Below, one piece after another: positions 21,309-31,381 of a stretch of 64,000 nucleotides of DNA. Each line of letters begins with the position of its first letter. Position 1 is the first letter of the stretch. Made by a program: the position numbers and the translations under genes. Source of the DNA: Acidimicrobiia bacterium. GTDB lineage: Bacteria > Actinomycetota > Acidimicrobiia > IMCC26256 > JBBRZM01. The notes beneath the pieces are model-generated. The model saw nothing but the letters and a program-made list of their open reading frames with translations, had not been told where the DNA came from and ran no database searches. Location of the stretch: assembly GCA_038236695.1 (NCBI GenBank), contig JBBRZM010000001.1:90430-154429 (forward strand), read 5' to 3'.

Positions 21309-22612
21309 CAGCGCCCCACGCCCTCGTACGTGAAACCGCGCCGGCGCATCGCGACGGGGTCGAGCAGGTTGCGCCCGTCGACGACGGCCTTCGTCGGCGT
21401 CATGAGCTCCCCCACCCGATCGAAGTCGAGCCAACGGAACTCGTCCCACTCGGTGAGCACCGCCAACACGTCGGCGCCGCGACACGCCTCGTACGGATCG
21501 ACTGTGAGCGTGAGCCGCGGCAAGTGCTCGACTGCCGCTTCGTTGGCGACGGGGTCATACGCCTGCACGGTCGCACCTTCGTCGAGCAGCCGGTCCGCGA
21601 TCGCGAGCGCCGGCGAATCGCGCAGGTCGTCGGTGTTGGCTTTGAAGGTCAGTCCCCACAGGGCGACGGTCCGGCCGGCCAGCGGCCCGCCGATCGCAGC
21701 GCGGACCTTCTCCACGATGCGCCTGTGCTGCTGCGCATTCACTTCGATCACACCCGCGAGGAGGCTGAAGTCGTACCCGCCCACAGCCGCGGTGTGCAGC
21801 AGCGCCGCCGTGTCTTTTGGAAGGCACGATCCGCCGTAGCCCGGACCGGGCCGCAAGAACTCGAAACCGATGCGCGGGTCGTAACCCATACCGAGCGCGA
21901 CCTCGCGCACGTCGGCGTTGACGCTCTCGCACAGATTCGCGATCGCGTTGATGTACGAGATCTTCGTGGCGAGAAAAGCATTGGACGCGTACTTGATGAT
22001 CTCGGCCGACGCGGGATCCGTCACCAGGACCGGCGCCTGGACGCCGCGATACAGCTCGGACACTCGTACCGCGACCGCAGCGTCGTCGCAGCCGATCACC
22101 ACTCGGCTGGGCTGCAGGAAGTCGTGGACGGCCGTGCCCTCCCGCAGAAACTCCGGGTTGGACGCGACACCCACACCGACGACGGGGAGTGCCGTCTCCG
22201 CGAGGATGCGCTCGACCAGCCGCGTGGAGCCCACCGGCATCGTCGACTTATTGACCACGACCGCGCCCGACTCGAGGACCGGGGCGATCTCTCGCACCAC
22301 CTGCTCGACGAAGCTCAGGTCGGCCGCACCGTCGGTGCCCTGCGGCGTCGGGACGCAGAGGAAGACGAACTCCGCGCCCCGCGCGGCCTCGGCTGCACCG
22401 ACGACGAACCGGAGCCTGCCGTTCTCGAGCCCTTCGGCGACGAGCGCCGGCAGCCGCTCTTCGAGGATCGGGACCTCACCCTTCGCCAAGGCGCGTACCT
22501 TGTCGCCGTCGGCGTCCGCGCACACCACTTGGTGACCGAGGTGCGCAAAACACGCCGCCGCCGTGATGCCCACGTACCCTGCGCCGATCACGGAGATACC
22601 GGCCGTGCTCAC
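21308..22612 (-). CDS. ugd: UDP-glucose/GDP-mannose dehydrogenase
   Basis: [41 protein letters not shown]. Confidence 0.92.
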   Translation of the reverse strand: MSTAGISVIGAGYVGITAAACFAHLGHQVVCADADGDKVRALAKGEVPILEERLPALVAEGLENGRLRFVVGAAEAARGAEFVFLCVPTPQGTDGAADLSFVEQVVREIAPVLESGAVVVNKSTMPVGSTRLVERILAETALPVVGVGVASNPEFLREGTAVHDFLQPSRVVIGCDDAAVAVRVSELYRGVQAPVLVTDPASAEIIKYASNAFLATKISYINAIANLCESVNADVREVALGMGYDPRIGFEFLRPGPGYGGSCLPKDTAALLHTAAVGGYDFSLLAGVIEVNAQQHRRIVEKVRAAIGGPLAGRTVALWGLTFKANTDDLRDSPALAIADRLLDEGATVQAYDPVANEAAVEHLPRLTLTVDPYEACRGADVLAVLTEWDEFRWLDFDRVGELMTPTKAVVDGRNLLDPVAMRRRGFTYEGVGR

Positions 22613-23451
22613 CGATCGATCTCCAGGTATTCGGCGAGCGCGTCGGGCCAGGCCCGCAAGCGCGGCAGGCCGGCGAGCCGCAAGGCGAGGTCGTCGAGCA
22701 CGCTGTACGCGGGGCGGACCGCGGGCCGTTCGAGGTCTGTACTCGACATCGCCTTCACACCCGAGGCGTCGAGACCGCGGAGCTCGAGCGTGGCGCACGC
22801 GAGCTCGTAGCGCGACGCGTCGCCCTGATTGACGACGTGATAGAGACCGACGCGATGATCGATCACAAGCCGTGCGAGCACAGTTGCGAGGTCGGGCGCG
22901 TACGTGGGTGTGCTGCGCTGATCGTCGATGACGCCGCGCAGCTCACCGCGCGCAAACGTGTCTAGCACCCACGACACGATGTCGTGACCGCGCCGGCCGA
23001 AAATCCAGGAACTGCGCACGACGGTCCACGATTGCGCGTGCGACGCGACTTCGAGCTCGCCGCCGAGTTTTGAGCGGCCGTACACCGACAGTGGCCCGGT
23101 ATCGTCCCACTCGTGGTACGGGCGGTCGGTGCGACCGTCGAACACGTAGTCGGTCGACACATGCACCAGGTGCGCGCCGGCACGCGCCGCAGCAATCGAG
23201 AGCGTACGCACACCCGAGGTGTTGACGGCGTAGGCCCGCTCCGGTTCGCGCTCGCAGGCGTCGACATCGGTGACCGCGGCGCAGTTGACGATGGCATCGG
23301 GCGCGAACTCGCCCACGACCTGCTGCACCCGATCAGGGTCGGCGAGATCGAGCAACGCGTGATCCGCGGCGAGCACCTCATGGTCGACCTCGACGGCCCG
23401 GGCGACGAACCCGCCGACCTGCCCGCCCGCGCCGGTGACCAAGATGCGCAT
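22609..23451 (-). CDS. rfbD: dTDP-4-dehydrorhamnose reductase
   Basis: TGAGGQVG, VSTDYVFDG, YGRSKLGGE, RPAYSVL. Confidence 0.93.
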   Translation of the reverse strand: MRILVTGAGGQVGGFVARAVEVDHEVLAADHALLDLADPDRVQQVVGEFAPDAIVNCAAVTDVDACEREPERAYAVNTSGVRTLSIAAARAGAHLVHVSTDYVFDGRTDRPYHEWDDTGPLSVYGRSKLGGELEVASHAQSWTVVRSSWIFGRRGHDIVSWVLDTFARGELRGVIDDQRSTPTYAPDLATVLARLVIDHRVGLYHVVNQGDASRYELACATLELRGLDASGVKAMSSTDLERPAVRPAYSVLDDLALRLAGLPRLRAWPDALAEYLEIDR

Positions 23452-23462
23452 CGTCGTCGTCC

Positions 23463-24491
23463 TCAGACCGCGCGTTCGGGTGCGGCCGACACGCCCGCCC
23501 ACTCGGATTCCGCGACGGCAGCGCGATCGCGCAGTGGCTCCCACCAGTCGCGGTGCGTGGCATACCACTCGACGGTGTCGCGCACACCGTCGCCGAATGA
23601 CACTTCGGGCCTCCATCCCAGCGTGGTCTGGATCTTGCTCACGTCGAGGCGATAGCGCCGATCGTGACCGGGCCGGTCGGGCACGATCGTCTTGAGCGAC
23701 GACGGCTTGTCGAGTGCGGCGAGCACGAGGTCGGCGAGCTCTTCGATGCTGGCCTCCACGCCGCTGCCGACGTTGTACGTCTCGCCAACCAAACCGTCGA
23801 GCAGGATGCGTTCGATGGCACGGCAGTGATCACTGACGTGCAGCCACTCGCGACGATGGTCGGTCGACGCGTACAAGGGCAGCGGCTCGTCGTCGAGCGC
23901 CCGAGTTGTGAACAGCGGGAGCACTTTCTCGGGAAACTGATACGGCCCGTAGTTGTTGGAGCAGATCGAGATCGTCACCGGCAGGCCGTAGGTCTCCAGG
24001 TACGCGCGGGCGGCGTGGTCGGCTGCGGCCTTCGACGCGTTGTACGGGGTGCGGGGCCGGTAGGGCGACTCCTCGGTGAACGCGCCGAGATCGTCGAGCG
24101 CGAGGTCGCCGAAAACCTCACACGTCGACACGTGATGAAATCGCTCCACCCCGACTCTTCGCGCCGCCTCGAGCAGGGTCTGGGTGCCCAGCACGTTGGT
24201 GCGAAAGAAGCGCGTCGGGTCGAGCACCGCGAGGCTGTTGTGCGACTCGGCCGCGAAGTTGACGACGACGTCGAGGCGTTCGGCGTCGAGAAGTCCTTCG
24301 GCGACCTCGAGATCGCCGATGTCGCCTTCGACGAAGGTGATGCGATCGTCGACGTCGGACAGGCTGGCTCGGTTGCCCGCGTACGTCAGCAGGTCGAGCG
24401 CCACGACGCGGTCGTCGGGATGGTGCTCGAGCCAATAGTGCACGAAGTTGGAGCCGATGAACCCGGCCGCGCCAGTGACGAGGAGTCGCAC
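23463..24491 (-). CDS. rfbB: dTDP-glucose 4,6-dehydratase
   Basis: TGAAGFIGSNF, LTYAGN, FAAESH, YNASKA, NNYGPYQFPEK, DRPGHDRRY. Confidence 0.93.
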   Translation of the reverse strand: MRLLVTGAAGFIGSNFVHYWLEHHPDDRVVALDLLTYAGNRASLSDVDDRITFVEGDIGDLEVAEGLLDAERLDVVVNFAAESHNSLAVLDPTRFFRTNVLGTQTLLEAARRVGVERFHHVSTCEVFGDLALDDLGAFTEESPYRPRTPYNASKAAADHAARAYLETYGLPVTISICSNNYGPYQFPEKVLPLFTTRALDDEPLPLYASTDHRREWLHVSDHCRAIERILLDGLVGETYNVGSGVEASIEELADLVLAALDKPSSLKTIVPDRPGHDRRYRLDVSKIQTTLGWRPEVSFGDGVRDTVEWYATHRDWWEPLRDRAAVAESEWAGVSAAPERAV

Positions 24492-24561
24492 GGAACGAAT
24501 TGTACGGCTCGCCCCGGAGACCCGGCCGCGACCACTGCGCGAGACATACCCGGCAACACGC

Positions 24562-25992
24562 TTAGCAGTTGGCCACCGGCGGCTGGCCTTTCATGTCGGG
24601 CGGTGCCTGGTTGCCCGGCGCGGGCGCCTGGGTCGGCGGCGGCACCGGTGCCGCGGTGGCCGGCGCGGCGGGCGTCACGATCGACTTGAAGTTTGCGCCG
24701 AGCACGACGACAACGTCGGCGTCCGCGATGGTGTCGTCCTGCACGAGCTTGGCGTCGGGGCTCACATAGCCGAGCACCAGCTTCGCTTTCGCTTCCGCGT
24801 CGGGGCGGTAGCGCACTTCGGTGGCCTCCACGTGCCCGCGCGGGTCGTTGCCAGACCCGGCCGGGCTGAAGCCCTGCTTCTGCAGCACCGCCAGCGCGCT
24901 CGCCGCCGAACCGACCTTCACTGAGCCGTTCAACACCCGCAGCCGGACGCTGGCCGGGAGCAGATGGGGGGTGGCGGGCGCGACGGCCTCGAAGGTGCGC
25001 AGGCGCGCCAGCATCTGCTCGGCGTCCGGCTCCTTCGGGTACAGCACCTGCTGGCCATGCTGGCTCGGGCCGTCTTTCCACGGCAGCGTGACCATCTCGA
25101 CGCTGCCCGGGTCGTTGGCGTCGACCGTGCGGAACGCGCGGATCAACTGGTTGACGTCGCCGCGGCTGAGACCCTCATCGGCCGTGAGGTTCTTCACGAC
25201 GTTGTCGGCGACCTCGTTGGCGGTGAGCGGGTTGTTGAGGCTGCGCTGCACCGCGAGTGACAGCAAGCGACGGATGAACGCCTGCTGGCGACCGATGCGA
25301 CCGATGTCAGGAACCGAGTCGGCAAGGACCCACTTCTTCTGCTGAACGTCGTAATACTCGAGCGACCGGGAACGCACATACGAGAGCGCGTCGCGCCCGT
25401 CGAGCGCCGCGCAGCCCGGGAACGCGATCACGAGGTCGCTCTTCAGGTCACGCGCGGACTGCGGGAAGTAGACGGGCACCCTGCCGATCGCGTTGACGAT
25501 GCCCTCGAAGCTCTTGAAGTCGACCTCGAGATAGTGGTTGATGTCGACGTTGAAGTTGGCCTTGAGTGTCTGGATCACACGATCGGGCCCGTAATTGAAA
25601 GCAGCGTTGATCTTCGACATCCCAACACCGGGAACGTTGACCCAGAGGTCACGCGGGAACGACACGATCAGGCTGCGCTGCGCGCCCGGTTCCACGTGCA
25701 CCACCATCATGGTGTCGGAGCGCTGGCCGGTTTCGAGGTTGGGATCGCCAAAGGCGTTCTTGGCCTCTTCGCCTGTCACAAATTTCCGGCTATCCGAACC
25801 GATCAACAAGAAGTTGGCGCCCTTGGACGGCGGCGGCGCCGTGGTGACCTTCACCCGGTTGATCTGGTCGAGCTTCTGATTGAACAACGCGTTGACGCCG
25901 ACGACCCCGATGAGGGTGAGCGCGCCCGCGAGGCAGCAGGAAATGGCGACTCGCTTCGGGAAGGCGCGCAACGAGGCACGGAGTGAGTCCAC
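24562..25992 (-). CDS. LCP (LytR-CpsA-Psr) family protein with LytR C-terminal domain
   Basis: LLIGSDSR, RSDTMM, SFPRDLW, KINAAF, YVRSR, DIGRIGRQQ, VLNGS, VVVLG. Confidence 0.9.
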   Translation of the reverse strand: MDSLRASLRAFPKRVAISCCLAGALTLIGVVGVNALFNQKLDQINRVKVTTAPPPSKGANFLLIGSDSRKFVTGEEAKNAFGDPNLETGQRSDTMMVVHVEPGAQRSLIVSFPRDLWVNVPGVGMSKINAAFNYGPDRVIQTLKANFNVDINHYLEVDFKSFEGIVNAIGRVPVYFPQSARDLKSDLVIAFPGCAALDGRDALSYVRSRSLEYYDVQQKKWVLADSVPDIGRIGRQQAFIRRLLSLAVQRSLNNPLTANEVADNVVKNLTADEGLSRGDVNQLIRAFRTVDANDPGSVEMVTLPWKDGPSQHGQQVLYPKEPDAEQMLARLRTFEAVAPATPHLLPASVRLRVLNGSVKVGSAASALAVLQKQGFSPAGSGNDPRGHVEATEVRYRPDAEAKAKLVLGYVSPDAKLVQDDTIADADVVVVLGANFKSIVTPAAPATAAPVPPPTQAPAPGNQAPPDMKGQPPVANC

Positions 25993-26090
25993 GGCCCTGC
26001 GATGGTACCGGCGGCTCGCGTCGCTTCTGGGGTCGCGCCGCCCCGTGACCGGAGCGCCTGTACGCCGGACCTGCGGATTACCGTGAGGGC

Positions 26091-27425
26091 ATGGGCCCCA
26101 TGACTCCCGACGCGACGGCCGCCCGCGTTGCGGCGAAGCTCCCGCACGACGTGCCGCTCGCGATCGTGCGGGACGGGCGCCAGACGATCGTGGCCTGCGC
26201 GCCCGCTGAGCTCGTCGTGGCATCGGGGCGCGCCGCGCTCGACCACCTCGACGACCTTGCTGCCGGTTGGTGGGCCGGGTTCGTGACGTACGAGCTGGGC
26301 CACGCGATCGAGCGAGTCGTGCCCCGCGCGTCGCCGGCGCCGGCGCTGGCGGCTGTTCCTTCGTTGCCTGACCTCGTGCTCGCGCGCTTCGACGCCCGCG
26401 CGGTCATCGGTCCGGGGCCCGATCGCATCGAGCTGCTCGGCGATGGACCCTCGCGAGCGGCACTCGAGCACGCCGTCGGACGCGCCAGCGACGACAGTGG
26501 GCACCGCGCCGGTCCCGACACCGCGCTCGACGCCGGCGCGATGTCGTGGCGCAGCAGCCTCAGCCGCCCGCAGTTCGAAGCGCGCGTCCGCATGATCATC
26601 GAGTTGATTTCCGCCGGTGAGTGCTATCAGGTCAACCTCACCCGCCGGCTCACGCTGAATGACGCGCTCGACCCGGTCAGGCTGTTTGCCGCGCTCGCGC
26701 ACGAGAATCCGGCACCGCACAGCGCGCTCCTGCGACTGCCGGCCGGGTTGGCCGGCCCACAGCCCCTTGCGGTCGTCTCGGCCTCGCCGGAGACCTTCCT
26801 GCGGTGGCGCGCCGGCAGCGTGGTCACGCGCCCGATCAAGGGCACAAGTAGTGACCTCGGCGCGCTGTTGCGCAGCGCGAAGGACCGCGCCGAGAACGTG
26901 ATGATCGTCGACTTGGCGCGCAATGATCTCGGCCGGGTATGCGTGCCCGGAACGATCACGGTGCCGGCATTGTGTGCGCCCGAGGCGCATCCCGGCTTGC
27001 ACCATCTCGTGAGCACCGTGTCGGGACGGCTACGCGCCGGCGTCGGGCCGGGTGCGCTCTTGCGCGCCACGCTCGCACCGGCGTCGGTCACCGGTGCGCC
27101 AAAGCCCCGCGTGCTGCAAGTGATCGAGCAGCTCGAATCGGTCCCCCGCGGCGTCTACTGCGGTGCCGTCGGTTGGATCGACACCGAACGCGATGCCGGC
27201 GACCTGTCCGTCGCGATCCGCACGTTCACCGTGCACAGCGACCGTACCGAGCTCGGTGTCGGTGCCGGAATCGTTGCCGACTCCGACGCGGCCGCGGAGT
27301 GGCGCGAGACCGAGCTCAAAAGCGCACGATTACTCACCACCGCGGCGGCGAGCGCAGGCGTGGACGCCGGCGCGGACGCTGCCGTGTCGCGACGTCGTGC
27401 CACTGCGACGCGGGTGGGCGCATGA
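26091..27425 (+). CDS. pabB: aminodeoxychorismate/anthranilate synthase component I family
   Basis: YQVNL, SPETF, PIKGT, KDRAENVMIVDLARND, SVTGAPK, GVGAGIVADS. Confidence 0.85.
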   Translation: MGPMTPDATAARVAAKLPHDVPLAIVRDGRQTIVACAPAELVVASGRAALDHLDDLAAGWWAGFVTYELGHAIERVVPRASPAPALAAVPSLPDLVLARFDARAVIGPGPDRIELLGDGPSRAALEHAVGRASDDSGHRAGPDTALDAGAMSWRSSLSRPQFEARVRMIIELISAGECYQVNLTRRLTLNDALDPVRLFAALAHENPAPHSALLRLPAGLAGPQPLAVVSASPETFLRWRAGSVVTRPIKGTSSDLGALLRSAKDRAENVMIVDLARNDLGRVCVPGTITVPALCAPEAHPGLHHLVSTVSGRLRAGVGPGALLRATLAPASVTGAPKPRVLQVIEQLESVPRGVYCGAVGWIDTERDAGDLSVAIRTFTVHSDRTELGVGAGIVADSDAAAEWRETELKSARLLTTAAASAGVDAGADAAVSRRRATATRVGA

Positions 27426-28258
27426 CTTCTGTATGGCTCGACGGCAGTCTCGTCGACGTCGACGTCGCCCGCGTCTCGCCGTTCGACCACGGGCTGCTGG
27501 TCGGTGACGGTGTGTTCGAGACGCTCAAGGTCAGCGGCGGCCGGCCCTTCGCGTGGCGCCGCCACGCGCTGCGGCTCGATCACTCGGCGACCGGCCTTGG
27601 TCTGCAACCGCCCGATGCCGCGATGCTGCGCGAGGCCGCCGACGCCGTGATTGCTGCCAATGGCGTCGTCGAGGGCCGCCTGCGGATCACGGTGACCGGA
27701 GGACCCGCGGCGCTCGGCTCGGAGCGCAGCGACGTGCCGCCGACGGTGATCGTCGCGGCGTCCGCCCAGGCGCCATGGCCGCCGACGGTCAAGATCGTCA
27801 CCGTGCCATGGACGCGCAATGAGAACAGCGCCGTCGCGGGGCTCAAGACCACGTCGTATGCCGATAACGTCCGCGCGCTCGCCTATGCACGAGCGCGCGG
27901 CGGGAGCGAGGCGGTGTTCGCGAACACGCGGGGCGAGCTGTGTGAAGCCACCGGATCCAACGTGTTCGTCGTAATCGATGGCCAGGCGCTCACGCCGCCG
28001 GCCGAATGCGGCTGCCTGCTCGGCGTCACCCGCGCGCTCGTACTCGAGCTCTGCGCGGCCAACGACATCCCGGCGGCCGAGACCGCGGTGCCGCTTGACG
28101 CGCTCGTAACTGCCGACGAGGTGTTCATTACGTCCACCACGCGCGACGTGCATCCTGTCCACGCGGTCGATGACCGTGAAGTTGCGGCGCCGGGCGAGAT
28201 CACCGAGCGGCTTGTCGAGCTCTTCGCCGATCTCGTCGGCCGCAACTTCGACCCGTAG
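27422..28258 (+). CDS. class IV aminotransferase (ADC lyase-like)
   Basis: DHGLLVGDGVFET, LKTTSY, EATGSNVF, LLGVTR; ATGA overlap with pabB. Confidence 0.85.
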   Translation: MTSVWLDGSLVDVDVARVSPFDHGLLVGDGVFETLKVSGGRPFAWRRHALRLDHSATGLGLQPPDAAMLREAADAVIAANGVVEGRLRITVTGGPAALGSERSDVPPTVIVAASAQAPWPPTVKIVTVPWTRNENSAVAGLKTTSYADNVRALAYARARGGSEAVFANTRGELCEATGSNVFVVIDGQALTPPAECGCLLGVTRALVLELCAANDIPAAETAVPLDALVTADEVFITSTTRDVHPVHAVDDREVAAPGEITERLVELFADLVGRNFDP

Positions 28259-28280
28259 GGCAACTCTGACGAGGTAGGGG

Positions 28281-29033
28281 TCAGATCGGGCGGAGGTGGA
28301 CGACGTCGCCGACCACGACTTCGACGATGCAGCCGGGCCCCGTCTCCACGAGCAGCTCGCCGGCATGACCGACGTCGACCGCGGTGCCGACCACCGGACC
28401 ATCGGCACGCTCGACGCGCACCTGGCGGCCGAGCGTGTCGAGGCGGGCGCGATAGTCGTTCGCCGCGCTGTCGAGCGCGTCGTAACGCGTCTCGAGGCGG
28501 GAAAGGTAGCTGCGCAACACGTGGAAACGGTCAACCGCGCGACCGCTCTCGAGGTTGCAGGCTGTCGCCACGTCGGCCAGGTCGGGCGGAAATTCGGTCC
28601 ACATCACGTTGAGCCCGGTGCCGATCGCGACCGCGCGTACCTCGCCCGCGCTCGACACGTCAGCCTCGGCGAGCACACCGCCGAGCTTCCGCGGGCCGAC
28701 AACAAGGTCGTTGGGCCATTTCAGGAGGGCGCACACACCGGCGACGTCCTCGACGGCCTCGGCCATGGCGAGACTGCTCGCCATCGTGAGCAGTTGCATA
28801 CGGTCAACGCCAACACGCGGGCGCAGTAGCACCGACACGAGGAGCGACGCACCGGGCGGCGACTCCCAACTGCGGTCGCGGCGAGCGCGCCCCGCCGTCT
28901 GATGATCCGCCACCGCGACCAGGCCCTCGGGCGCACCGGCACGCGCTTCGTCGAGGACGTAACGATTGGTGGAGTCGAGCGTCTCGAACACCCGCACGTC
29001 GCGAAAGCGCTCGCTCGTAGGGACATCGGCCAC
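28281..29033 (-). CDS. birA: biotin--protein ligase (no HTH domain)
   Basis: DSTN, QTAGRARRDRSW, LKWPND, KLGGVL, GDVVHLR. Confidence 0.92.
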   Translation of the reverse strand: MADVPTSERFRDVRVFETLDSTNRYVLDEARAGAPEGLVAVADHQTAGRARRDRSWESPPGASLLVSVLLRPRVGVDRMQLLTMASSLAMAEAVEDVAGVCALLKWPNDLVVGPRKLGGVLAEADVSSAGEVRAVAIGTGLNVMWTEFPPDLADVATACNLESGRAVDRFHVLRSYLSRLETRYDALDSAANDYRARLDTLGRQVRVERADGPVVGTAVDVGHAGELLVETGPGCIVEVVVGDVVHLRPI

Positions 29034-29080
29034 AACCCGTAGGATAAGACCCGCTTCGTTCCTTCTGCCGGGAGTCATTG

Positions 29081-30856
29081 GTGTTCTCGAAGATCCTGAT
29101 CGCGAACCGAGGCGAGATCGCGGTACGCGTGATGCGCACGTGCCGGGAACTCGGCATCACCACCGTCGCGGTCTACTCCGAGCTCGACCGCGACGCGGCT
29201 CACGTTCGCTACGCCGACGAGGCGTACGCGCTCGGAGGCCGGACTGCGGCCGAGAGCTACTTGAACACCGAGGCGATTCTCGACGCGATCCGCCGGTCGG
29301 CAGCCGAGGCGGTGCACCCCGGCTACGGCTTCTTCGCCGAGAACGCCGACTTCGCCCGCGCGATCACGGCGAAGGGCGTGGTATGGATCGGGCCGCCGGC
29401 CGAGGTCATCGAGGTGATGGGCGACAAGATCGCGTCACGCAAGGCTGCAGACGCGGCCGGCGTGGCTTCGGTACCCGGCACGCTCGAGCCGATCGAGTCG
29501 GTCGACGACATCTTGACCTTCGGCAGCGAGTTCGGGTACCCGATCGCAATCAAGGCCGCCTTCGGCGGTGGTGGCAAGGGCATAAAGGTCGTCGCCGACG
29601 CCGAGAGCGCACAGGGCGCGTTCGACTCGGCGACGCGCGAAGCCATCGCGTACTTCGGACGGCCCGAGGCGTACCTCGAGCGCTACCTCACGCATCCGCG
29701 TCACATCGAGGTGCAGGTGTTCTGCGATACGCACGGCAACGCGGTCTGGCTCGGCGAACGCGACTGCTCCACGCAGCGCCGTCATCAGAAGCTGATCGAG
29801 GAGAGTCCCGCCGCCAGGATCAGTGACGACACCCGAAACGCGATGGGCGACGCCGCGGTCCGTCTTGCGAAGGCCTGCGGTTACGTCAATGCCGGCACGG
29901 TCGAGTGCCTCTACCAAGACGGTGAGTTCTGGTTCCTCGAGATGAACACCCGCCTCCAGGTGGAGCACTGCGTCACAGAGATGGTCACGTCGCTCGACCT
30001 CGTCGCCGAGCAGCTCCGCGTCGCCTCCGGTGAGCCACTGTCGTTCACCCAAGAATCGGTTGTGCGGCGCGGACATTCGATCGAGTGCCGTATCAACGCG
30101 GAAAACCCCGCCAAGGGCTTCATGCCATCGCCGGGCACGATCACGAAGCTGCGGATTCCCAACGGTCCGGGCACACGCTTCGACGCCGGCTACGAAGAAG
30201 GCGACATCGTCTCGCAGTACTTCGACAATCTGATCGGCAAGCTCATCGTGTGGGCACCCGACCGAGAGCGGGCCAGGTTTCGTATGCTCCGCGCGCTCGA
30301 CGAGCTCGTGATCGAAGGCGTGCACACGACGATTCCGGCCGACAAGGTGCTGCTCACCGACACCGCGTTCGCGTCGTCGGCCCACTCCACGAAGTGGGCC
30401 GAGAAGTTCGATCCGAGTTCGTTCGCAGCGACCGACGACGCCGCGCCCCACGTCGCAATTGGCGCCGCACCGGTGGCCGACGCACTCACCGCCCGCACCG
30501 TCCCTGTCGAGGTCGACGGCAAGCGATTCGAAGTGAAGATCTGGTTGCCCGACGCCCCCACCGGGTCGAGTGCCCACGGTGAGCCGCCGCGCGCCCGCGC
30601 GGCACGTCCAAGAGCAGGCGCAGGCGCAGGCTCGGGTCTCGGCGACGGCACGATCAGCGCGCCGATGCAGGGCACGATCGTGAAGGTGTTGGTGAGCGCG
30701 GGCGACACGGTCGAGTTAGGTCAAGCGGTGCTCGTGCTCGAGGCAATGAAGATGGAAAACCACATCAACGCCGGCCAGGCGGGCGTCGTCGCCGAAGTGC
30801 GAGTGAGCGCGGGCGACACGGTCGGCACCGGCGATGTGCTCATAGTGCTGGAGTAA
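29081..30856 (+). CDS. acetyl/propionyl-CoA carboxylase alpha subunit (biotin carboxylase + BCCP)
   Basis: ILIANRGEIA, GGGGKG, ERDCSTQRRHQK, EMNTRLQVEH, EAMKM. Confidence 0.95.
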   Translation: MFSKILIANRGEIAVRVMRTCRELGITTVAVYSELDRDAAHVRYADEAYALGGRTAAESYLNTEAILDAIRRSAAEAVHPGYGFFAENADFARAITAKGVVWIGPPAEVIEVMGDKIASRKAADAAGVASVPGTLEPIESVDDILTFGSEFGYPIAIKAAFGGGGKGIKVVADAESAQGAFDSATREAIAYFGRPEAYLERYLTHPRHIEVQVFCDTHGNAVWLGERDCSTQRRHQKLIEESPAARISDDTRNAMGDAAVRLAKACGYVNAGTVECLYQDGEFWFLEMNTRLQVEHCVTEMVTSLDLVAEQLRVASGEPLSFTQESVVRRGHSIECRINAENPAKGFMPSPGTITKLRIPNGPGTRFDAGYEEGDIVSQYFDNLIGKLIVWAPDRERARFRMLRALDELVIEGVHTTIPADKVLLTDTAFASSAHSTKWAEKFDPSSFAATDDAAPHVAIGAAPVADALTARTVPVEVDGKRFEVKIWLPDAPTGSSAHGEPPRARAARPRAGAGAGSGLGDGTISAPMQGTIVKVLVSAGDTVELGQAVLVLEAMKMENHINAGQAGVVAEVRVSAGDTVGTGDVLIVLE

Positions 30857-30942
30857 CGTCAACCGCCGCTGCTCGCCGACCCGGCGCCAGTGCGCTCGAT
30901 GCCGCTACGTGTGCGCTGGGCTCAGCGCCGGTTCGACGTCAA

Positions 30943-31320
30943 CTAGTCGGCCTGCTCCTCGGCAACGACCGCGCCAAACGCATCCGGCGCGGTCGACTCG
31001 ACCGCCTGGATGAATGATCGGTCGGTCGCACGATCGGATGGGCGCAGATCGTTGGGCGACGCGACTTCCTCACGCCGGTTCTGCGCTCGCCACAGGGCAA
31101 AGCCAATGGCACCTCCGAGGAGGATGGCGAAGACGAGCCAGCGACGCCCCGATTTCTTCGCGCGGCGACGCTCCGTGCCCGGCACGAGCTCGCGCGCGGT
31201 GTCGGCGATCTGACGGGCGTCCGACAGGACAGACGAAGCGGCCTCACGGCCTTCCTCGACGGCGTGCTTCGCCCGCTCACGTATCTCGGCCGCGTGTTCG
31301 ATGACTGCGACTGGTCCCAT
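30943..31320 (-). CDS. hypothetical single-TM protein
   Basis: Strong RBS GGAGGT, one TM helix; upstream GTTT...GGAAAC resembles a SigF/SigB-type promoter. Confidence 0.6.
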   Translation of the reverse strand: MGPVAVIEHAAEIRERAKHAVEEGREAASSVLSDARQIADTARELVPGTERRRAKKSGRRWLVFAILLGGAIGFALWRAQNRREEVASPNDLRPSDRATDRSFIQAVESTAPDAFGAVVAEEQAD

Positions 31321-31381
31321 GGTTACCTCCCGGTTTTACGACGAGCGTTTCCGTTGCGCAGCCGGTTGAAACGTGCGGGCC

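Noticed and set aside
30692-30824. 22-nt direct repeat GTGAGCGCGGGCGACACGGTCG within the carboxylase gene
   Set aside because: Encodes VSAGDTV twice, consistent with the internal pseudo-symmetry of biotinyl domains.
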